Assembly: GCA_028868715.1 (NCBI GenBank)
Contig: JAGWUB010000002.1
Coordinates: 79,605 to 143,604, forward strand
Direction: 5' to 3'
Length of the DNA: 64,000 bases
Origin: Patescibacteria group bacterium
Lineage (GTDB): Bacteria; Patescibacteriota; Minisyncoccia; Phycocordibacterales; UBA9973
Under the pieces are notes generated by a model. The model saw nothing but the letters and a program-made list of their open reading frames with translations. It had not been told where the DNA came from and made no database searches. Positions 57,348-64,000 of the stretch are shown here, piece after piece (the first letter of the stretch is position 1; each line of letters opens with the position of its first letter). A program made the position numbers and the translations under genes.

Positions 57348-59861
57348 ATGCAAAATAAAAATACTCAGAAAAATATACGCCTTTCTAAAAATATAGTCCC
57401 AATTGAGTACAAAATACGCCTCAAACCTGACTTGGAGAACTTTACTTTTGATGGAATTGAAACGATTACCCTGTCTATTTTAGAAAAAACAAAAACCCTC
57501 ACCCTGCACTCCAAGGAAATTGACATTGAGACAGCTGATGTGTTGCTTGGTAAAAACCCTCATACTGGCGAAATAGAAAAATTATTCGCTAAAATTTCTT
57601 ATGATACCGAACGAGAAACGGCTACTTTTTCATTTCAAAAATTTATTCCAAGGGGGAAAATCAAATTGATTCTAGTCTTTCGTGGAATTCTCAATGATAA
57701 AATGCGTGGATTTTATCGCAGTAAGTATTTACACGGTGGCAAGGAGCACCACATGGCCACAACCCAATTCGAAGCCACCGATGCTCGGCGTGCATTTCCG
57801 TGCTTTGACGAACCGGCAAAAAAAGCTGTCTTTCATATATCACTCGTAGTACCAAGAGGTAAAACTGCAATTTCAAATACTCTGCCAGTCTCAGTGGTCA
57901 AACATGAAGCGGGGTATAATATTATGGATTTTTCTCCAACCCCAAAGATGTCTACTTACCTTTTGGCGTTTATTATTGGAGATTTTGAGTTTATTGAAAG
58001 AAAAACGAAACGCAACGTCCGTGTGCGTATATACACGACTCCTGGTAAAAAACATCAAGCAAAATTTGCCCTCGACTGTGCCGTAAAAACTCTAGAGTTT
58101 TATGAAAAATATTTTGACATAAAGTATCCTTTGCCTGTTTTAGATATGATCGCTATTCCTGATTTTGCTTCAGGGGCAATGGAAAACTGGGGCGCTATTA
58201 CCTATCGCGAGAGTGCCCTTTTAGTAGATGAAAATCACTCCTCGGCTTCAAACAAGCAGTGGGTGGCACTCGTGGTAGCCCACGAGCTAGCGCACCAATG
58301 GTTTGGTAATTTGGTAACCATGGAGTGGTGGACACATCTGTGGCTCAATGAAGGTTTTGCTTCATACATAGAATACTTGGCTGTAGATAAACTTTTTCCC
58401 AAATGGGATATCTGGACACAGTTCTCTACAAATGATTTAGGTGTTGCTTTGAGGCTCGATGCCCTTTTGCATACACATCCGATAGAAGTGGAAGTTCACA
58501 ACCCAAGTGAGATCGGGGAAATATTTGATGAAGTATCCTATTCAAAGGGAGCGTCGGTGATAAGGATGTTGGCAAATTATCTAGGTGAAAAAGATTTTCG
58601 CGATGGCCTACGCTACTATTTAAAAAAGCACAGTTATAAAAATACAGAGACATTGCATTTATGGAAGGCTTTTGAAAAAGTTTCTCGAAAACCAGTTACA
58701 AAAATAATGCACAATTGGACAAGCAAACCTGGTTACCCAGTCGTGAAAGCAGATATGGTAAAAGGTAAGGTTAATTTCTCTCAAAGTAGATTCTTTGCGA
58801 GCCCAGTGTCGGCCAAAAAATCCAAGGATAGAACAAAATGGGAAATTCCAATTATTTATAAAAAAAACAAAGTAAACTTTGGTGAGACTGGTTTTTATAG
58901 GACAGCTTATTCAAAAGAGCTCTTGCAAAAACTTTATGAGCCAATACAGGATAAGAAATTAAGTGCTCGAGATAGACTTGGGGTAATTCGAGATCTCTTT
59001 GCCCTATCCGAAGCGGGAGTAATACCGACGACAGATGCGCTAGAATTTCTTTCTGCATATAAAAATGAGGACAATTATACTGTGTGGCTAGAACTTGCTA
59101 TGGGCTTTGCTCGCCTAGAGCAACTTTTGGCTAATAATAAGCTAGCGCTAGAAGGATTAGACAGACTTGTAATTGATTTATTCTCCCCCACCTTGGAGCG
59201 ACTCGGCTGGGATAAAAAAGATAAAGAGTCTCACGCAGACACATTACTCCGCTCGCTTGCAATCTCACGTCTCGGTCGAGCTGGAAACAAAAAAGTAGTA
59301 GCTACTGCGCGGAATAAATTTAAAAGTGGTCGCATCAATCCAGACCTTCGGGGAGCTATTTATGGTGTTGTCGCTTCTAGTGGTGGAGTTAAAGAATTTA
59401 ATGAATTTATAAAAAAATATAAAAAGGAAAGTTTACATGAAGAAAAAAATCGCATAGGTAGCGCGCTTGGAGATTTTAATAATGAAAAAATCCTTAGATT
59501 GGCTTGTGAGTTTGCAATGTCAAAGTATGTCCGTACTCAAGACACTGTCGGCATCCTTTCTTCTGTGGGAGCAAACCCTCTTGGTCGCGATGTGTGGTGG
59601 AATTATATTCAAAAGAATTGGAAAACACTCGTATCGCGCTACGGTGAAGGTGGGCTCACTCTTGGCCGAGCGGTGAAAGCCATCGGGGGTAGCGCCGAAG
59701 AGCGTCACTTAAAATCATTCAAAAAGTTTTTTGAAACGGCTGATGCCCCTGGCGCCAAGCGCTCCATAGACCAAGTCATCGAGCGACTCGAAGGTAACGT
59801 CGCTTGGCTGAAGCGAGATGAAAAGAAAATTAATGAATTTCTAAATAAACTTGACCGATAG
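57348..59861 (+). CDS. pepN: M1 family aminopeptidase
   Basis: TQFE...ARRAFPCFDEP, GAMENWG, HELAHQW..NEG. Confidence 0.95.
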   Translation: MQNKNTQKNIRLSKNIVPIEYKIRLKPDLENFTFDGIETITLSILEKTKTLTLHSKEIDIETADVLLGKNPHTGEIEKLFAKISYDTERETATFSFQKFIPRGKIKLILVFRGILNDKMRGFYRSKYLHGGKEHHMATTQFEATDARRAFPCFDEPAKKAVFHISLVVPRGKTAISNTLPVSVVKHEAGYNIMDFSPTPKMSTYLLAFIIGDFEFIERKTKRNVRVRIYTTPGKKHQAKFALDCAVKTLEFYEKYFDIKYPLPVLDMIAIPDFASGAMENWGAITYRESALLVDENHSSASNKQWVALVVAHELAHQWFGNLVTMEWWTHLWLNEGFASYIEYLAVDKLFPKWDIWTQFSTNDLGVALRLDALLHTHPIEVEVHNPSEIGEIFDEVSYSKGASVIRMLANYLGEKDFRDGLRYYLKKHSYKNTETLHLWKAFEKVSRKPVTKIMHNWTSKPGYPVVKADMVKGKVNFSQSRFFASPVSAKKSKDRTKWEIPIIYKKNKVNFGETGFYRTAYSKELLQKLYEPIQDKKLSARDRLGVIRDLFALSEAGVIPTTDALEFLSAYKNEDNYTVWLELAMGFARLEQLLANNKLALEGLDRLVIDLFSPTLERLGWDKKDKESHADTLLRSLAISRLGRAGNKKVVATARNKFKSGRINPDLRGAIYGVVASSGGVKEFNEFIKKYKKESLHEEKNRIGSALGDFNNEKILRLACEFAMSKYVRTQDTVGILSSVGANPLGRDVWWNYIQKNWKTLVSRYGEGGLTLGRAVKAIGGSAEERHLKSFKKFFETADAPGAKRSIDQVIERLEGNVAWLKRDEKKINEFLNKLDR

Positions 59862-59875
59862 TGTATACTTGGAAC

Positions 59876-60460
59876 ATGGTCAAGGAAGTAAATGGACGAA
59901 CAACTGAATATCCAATAAACGATATATTTTTAAAGCGGTATTCGCCACGGGCTTTTTCGGGTGAGGCTATCAGTAAGGAAGAGCTAATGACCCTATTTGA
60001 GGCGGCTCGCTTCGCACCATCGGGCTCAAATGTCCAACCCTGGCGCTTTATCTATGCCATGCGTGAATCCCCAGAATTCCATGACTTTTTAATGTTCCTT
60101 ACAGAGAGTAATAGAGAATGGTGTGCTAAGGCTGGAGCCCTAGTCGTCACTATTTCTAAAACCACGAGAGATAATGGTGTACTATCAAAGACCAATAGCT
60201 TTGACGCGGGACTTACAGTTGAAAATCTACTTTTGCAGGCCACAGAGCTAGGCCTATACGCGCACCCTATGGCCGGTATAGTGCCTGAGGTTATAAAAGA
60301 AAAATTAAATATTCCTGATGAATATAAAATCGAGATGATGATAGCTATAGGCAAACCCGGCAAAGTATCCGAGCTCTCAGAACGCAATCGCATACGCGAA
60401 AAACCTAGCGACCGCAAACCATTAAGCGAAATAGTTTTTGAGGGAAAATTTTCCGTTTAA
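59876..60460 (+). CDS. Nitroreductase family protein
   Basis: R.SPRAF, APS..N.QPWRF; start set to ATG 59876 after TATACT. Confidence 0.9.
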   Translation: MVKEVNGRTTEYPINDIFLKRYSPRAFSGEAISKEELMTLFEAARFAPSGSNVQPWRFIYAMRESPEFHDFLMFLTESNREWCAKAGALVVTISKTTRDNGVLSKTNSFDAGLTVENLLLQATELGLYAHPMAGIVPEVIKEKLNIPDEYKIEMMIAIGKPGKVSELSERNRIREKPSDRKPLSEIVFEGKFSV

Positions 60461-60795
60461 CTCATCGCATCCACTTTCGCGGCGACGATGAAATCATTTT
60501 CAGAGAGACCATCAATTGTGTGGGTCCAAAGTTCTAGAAGGACTTTGTTGTAATGAATGTGAATATCAGGATGGTGCCCTTCTTCTTCAGCTACGTCAGC
60601 TACCCTCTCCACAAAATTTATCGCTCCGATAAAGTCTTGAAATTTATATTCTTTGGAAATTTTTTTAGCATCCGCAGATAATGTCCAGCCATGTGATTCA
60701 TCTATATAATCTTGCGCATCAGCTCGGCTCATAGGCTTGAGGTTCTTGTCTTCACACGGAATACATTTTTTCTTTAATAGTTCTTTTTGGTTCAT
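60457..60795 (-). CDS. Pterin-4a-carbinolamine dehydratase
   Basis: AE...HHPD, WTH...GLSENDF..AAK. Confidence 0.9.
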   Translation of the reverse strand: MNQKELLKKKCIPCEDKNLKPMSRADAQDYIDESHGWTLSADAKKISKEYKFQDFIGAINFVERVADVAEEEGHHPDIHIHYNKVLLELWTHTIDGLSENDFIVAAKVDAMS

Positions 60796-61709
60796 TAATT
60801 TTGTTCTCTTAGCTTTGCAATCTGGTAAATACTAAATACGAGAACGAGTGCTGCTGCCCATTGTGACGCAGAAAGCATAGTATGGTTTACAACCATATCT
60901 AAAATAATAGCGATAAATGGAAATGTTAATTCCAAAATAGTGGAGATGTGTACTGGGGTTTTAGCAAGACCTTTGTAATAAATAAGAAGTGCCACCATTC
61001 CAGTAGACACAGCAATCAAAGCTAGGAGCTCAAATTGAGTCATGGATGGTATCGCCAGACCAGCACCAGCCGAATGTCCAAACAAAAGCAGAAGCGGTAA
61101 TGCGAAAATCAGAGTAAATAAAAATCTATAAAAAGTACTAACCTTGAAGTCCACTTTTCCGAGAAGCATTTTGGAAAATGTGGTAGATGAACCCCAAGCA
61201 AAAGCAGCGCCGAGAGCATATAGGGCTGCAATGATTGTGCCCTCACCTGTTTGCAAATTAACTACGCCGTTTGGAAAAGTCACAAAGTAAGCAGAAATTA
61301 TGGCGAGGAGTGCCCATTTTATATATCTTCTATCGATTTTTTCTTTCAAGAAGATTCTCGCAGTAGAAATAGCGAAAATTGGCTGGAGTTTTTGCAAAAG
61401 GAATACTACGGATATGGAAATAAAATGAACCTTGCCGAGTGCTGTCGTAAACCAAAGTGTGCCGAAAAGTCCACTCAAGATAGCGATCAAAACTATGAGC
61501 CACCATTCGCGTTTGGTAAGTTTAGTTTCTAAAACATATTTATAAACAAAAGGTGACAAAAGTAATAAACCAATTAAGTGTTCAAAAAATATTATAGTAA
61601 TCGGAGGTAATGTATAAAGGTGCTGACGAATGAGACCGTCAAAGGCCCAAAGAGTCGCGGCAATTAAAATAAATATTGGACCAGTGTATGATGTAGATGT
61701 ATTTTCCAT
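60795..61709 (-). CDS. DMT/EamA transporter
   Basis: About 10 TM helices, two EamA repeats. Confidence 0.85.
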   Translation of the reverse strand: MENTSTSYTGPIFILIAATLWAFDGLIRQHLYTLPPITIIFFEHLIGLLLLSPFVYKYVLETKLTKREWWLIVLIAILSGLFGTLWFTTALGKVHFISISVVFLLQKLQPIFAISTARIFLKEKIDRRYIKWALLAIISAYFVTFPNGVVNLQTGEGTIIAALYALGAAFAWGSSTTFSKMLLGKVDFKVSTFYRFLFTLIFALPLLLLFGHSAGAGLAIPSMTQFELLALIAVSTGMVALLIYYKGLAKTPVHISTILELTFPFIAIILDMVVNHTMLSASQWAAALVLVFSIYQIAKLREQN

Positions 61710-61720
61710 AGGGTTTTAGT

Positions 61721-62047
61721 TTAACATTTTTTTAAATCTTTCTCTATCTGCGAGATCAATTCTGATTCCGTTGCAAACTTTTCAAACTTTCGGATGAATT
61801 TTTTTATCCGTAAGGTCGCAACTTTACCATAGGCATCCTCCCTATATCCAAATAAATGCGCCTCAGCGCGACCGGCTTCATTTATCACAATCGCCGCTCG
61901 GTAAACCTTATTCTTTATAATAGCTTTTCCCGCATATATTCCAGGAGATGGCTCTTTAGCTTTCACATCTAAATTTATAGTCGGAAAACCAAGCTTCCTG
62001 CCATACTTATCACCGGGAATTACTTTTCCTGAAATTACGTATTGCAT
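61721..62047 (-). CDS. Stand-alone riboflavin kinase domain
   Basis: G...GRKLGFPT.N, G.Y, E.H.F...YG. Confidence 0.85.
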   Translation of the reverse strand: MQYVISGKVIPGDKYGRKLGFPTINLDVKAKEPSPGIYAGKAIIKNKVYRAAIVINEAGRAEAHLFGYREDAYGKVATLRIKKFIRKFEKFATESELISQIEKDLKKC

Positions 62048-62054
62048 TTAAATT

Positions 62055-63395
62055 TTATTGAGAGAGTCTCTCGTCTATACGCTCCATGTCTCTAGGAAAC
62101 ATTGAAGCTTCGCGTACATTTTTAAGACCCAAAATTTGCATCGTAATTCTTTCAGCGCCGAGAGCAAAACCACCTTCAGGTGGAACGCCATATTTAAATG
62201 CTTCCAAAAACATTTTTATTTTATTTGGATCCATTTCCCAAAGTTTTACATGCTCCAATAACTGATTATAATCATTTATTCTGCGTCCACCAGAGAGCCA
62301 TTCCAAGCCACGGCAAAGTAAATCTATGCCCTCGTTTACTTCTGGATTCTCGGGATTAGGATAAACATAGAAAGGTTTTTTGCGCGTTGGGTAGCCATAA
62401 ACGAATACGAAATCAGAGCCAGTTTCTTTTTTTATAATCTCACACAGTTCCCTTTCATCTTGAGCATTTAGGTCTTTTTCATGTCGCACGTCACGTTTAA
62501 AATTATCAAATATTTTTTGCTGAGCTTCCTTGAGCGAAATAGTCGGAGTTTTTTCAATCATTGTTGGTAGTTCGGCTTTTAGTAGTTTTAATTCTTCAGC
62601 ATTTTTTTCTTTTATACTTTTTAATATAAATCGGACAGTTTCCTCGGCCATGTCTCGAATATCTTCCCAACCATCTATAAATGCCATTTCAGCATCTAGT
62701 GAGACGACTTCGGTCAAATGCCTAGTAGTTGCGCTTGGTTCAGCCCGAAAAATTTTATTAACTGAAAAAACTCGCTCAAAAGCAGTCATAACTATTTGCT
62801 TATAGAGCTGAGGTGATTGAGTCAAAAATGCTTTTTTGTCAAAATAATCAATTTGAAAAACTTCACTGCCACCTTCGGCGACTGCTGGCGTAATACTTGG
62901 AGCCTGGAATTCAAAAAACATATTCTTCTTCATAAATTCTCTAAAGGAATCTATGACAGTCTCTTCCACTTTAAAGACAGCTTGAATTTTGGGATGACGT
63001 AAAACGAGTGCACGATTATCGAGCTCGGTTACTAATTCTAAATTATATCCGTCGAGTGACATATCAAATGGCAATTCTTTGGCGGCACTCAGTATTTCAA
63101 TGTTTGTAACCTCGAGCTCTACTTCGCCATTTAACACACTAGCTTTGATGTTTTTTTCTGGGCGTTTATTTACCAACCCCGTAATTTTCAGAACCCACTC
63201 AGATCTTATGTGCTTAGCTTGTTCAATAGCTTCCGTGTGAACGGGTAACGTCACACACTGCACCTTGCCAGTCATGTCTCGCATATCAAAAAATACCATC
63301 TTACCTTGATCACGCCTGACATCTACCCAGCCGGCGATAATGACTTCTTTGCCCACGTGGTCCTTTAAATCTTTGATAAAAATACGATTTTTCAT
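62055..63395 (-). CDS. aspS: Aspartate--tRNA ligase (short, archaeal-type, probably non-discriminating)
   Basis: OB fold, QSPQLYKQ, FRAE..RHL.E, PP.GG...G.ER, FPRD; start set to ATG 63395. Confidence 0.9.
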   Translation of the reverse strand: MKNRIFIKDLKDHVGKEVIIAGWVDVRRDQGKMVFFDMRDMTGKVQCVTLPVHTEAIEQAKHIRSEWVLKITGLVNKRPEKNIKASVLNGEVELEVTNIEILSAAKELPFDMSLDGYNLELVTELDNRALVLRHPKIQAVFKVEETVIDSFREFMKKNMFFEFQAPSITPAVAEGGSEVFQIDYFDKKAFLTQSPQLYKQIVMTAFERVFSVNKIFRAEPSATTRHLTEVVSLDAEMAFIDGWEDIRDMAEETVRFILKSIKEKNAEELKLLKAELPTMIEKTPTISLKEAQQKIFDNFKRDVRHEKDLNAQDERELCEIIKKETGSDFVFVYGYPTRKKPFYVYPNPENPEVNEGIDLLCRGLEWLSGGRRINDYNQLLEHVKLWEMDPNKIKMFLEAFKYGVPPEGGFALGAERITMQILGLKNVREASMFPRDMERIDERLSQ

Positions 63396-63415
63396 GTAAA
63401 AACATTTTATCATAG

Positions 63416-63459
63416 AAAAAAAATATTGGCGAACGTCCTTTTGAGAGCATTCGCCAATT
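63416..63459 (-). terminator. Intrinsic terminator
   Basis: ttggcgaa / ttcgccaa stem plus U-tract on the minus strand. Confidence 0.7.
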
Positions 63460-63467
63460 ATTTGTTA

Positions 63468-63563
63468 CTAGGCACGGTTTATGCCGAACACACGAAAGTG
63501 GGCCAAATCCTTCAATTCGTAGCCCTAAAACCAGTCTTCGTCTATGTTCCAAGCCATGGACAT
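63468..63563 (-). pseudogene. Tiny SD-led ORF with an internal TAG
   Basis: TAAGGAGGT-N6-ATG; MSMAWNIDEDWF*GYELKDLAHFRVFGINRA** followed by a terminator. Confidence 0.35.
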
Positions 63564-63575
63564 ATGTTTACCTCC

Positions 63576-63830
63576 TTATAAAAAATTTGGAACTTTTTCA
63601 ATACACCCAGACGCTATAAGTTTTTCGAATTTTTTGATAGTGGTTGTTATTTTATATCCACTGGAAAATTCGAAATCAATACTTATTGACGTTGGCCGGA
63701 AAACAACTAGAGTGGTGTCTTTGGGGATCAAAGTAGTCACCTCTTGGATTTTACTGGTTGAACCAGAACCCACAAACTGTTTTACGGTAAAACTAATTTC
63801 CCGTAAAAGAACAAATCGAGACTTTTCCAT
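63576..63830 (-). CDS. Small orphan protein
   Basis: 84-aa ORF with AGGAGG SD. Confidence 0.55.
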   Translation of the reverse strand: MEKSRFVLLREISFTVKQFVGSGSTSKIQEVTTLIPKDTTLVVFRPTSISIDFEFSSGYKITTTIKKFEKLIASGCIEKVPNFL

Positions 63831-63871
63831 AGTACTTAATTCCTCCTACTAAAATTTTTATATCAAAGAAC

Positions 63872-63896
63872 AAAAAATGACGCTCTTTTGCGTCAC
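63872..63896 (-). terminator. Probable terminator
   Basis: tgacgc / gcgtca stem with U-tract on the minus strand. Confidence 0.5.
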
Positions 63897-64000
63897 TCAG
63901 TGGATTCCTTGTTTGAAATAGTCTAGAAAGAAATCAACAGACAGGCGCAAAAGCAAAGTGCTTTGCGTCCCACCAATAACTTACTATTATATTTACTGTT

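Noticed and set aside
63310-63552. ORF 63310..63552
   Set aside because: It crosses a terminator and overlaps the aspS start; the SD points to ATG 63563 in another frame

Overview
AT-rich, gene-dense bacterial chromosome segment in standard code 11. Gene content and the truncated forms of DnaX, PriA, AtpH and RelA point to Patescibacteria/CPR, probably Parcubacteria (Nomurabacteria-like); this is inference. Most of the window is housekeeping: guaC (partial), dnaX, serS, dprA, topA, rel, parB, murA, miaA, rpmG, ddl, rseP, frr, mreB, priA, rsmI, a full F-type atp operon, prfA, rpmE, rplY, fba, gatB, obgE, rmuC, murF, mraY, scpAB, pepN, aspS and five tRNAs (Gln, Leu, Trp, Ile, Glu). The most unusual features are: (1) an integrase-less island at the tRNA-Gln 3' end, containing a ~130-nt structured tRNA-mimic-like element between 15-bp duplications of the tRNA end, a REP-flanked GIY-YIG gene and a Zn-ribbon/PD-(D/E)XK nuclease; (2) a dispersed 22-25-bp palindrome family (core GCCATGGCTGA), found both between genes and inside rsmI and miaA; (3) about 20 core genes with leaderless extended -10 promoters, while strong Shine-Dalgarno motifs are seen only on small orphan cassettes; (4) three CCA-less tRNAs that end 3-7 nt before the start codon of a downstream gene. 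All calls are by eye; no database searches were run.
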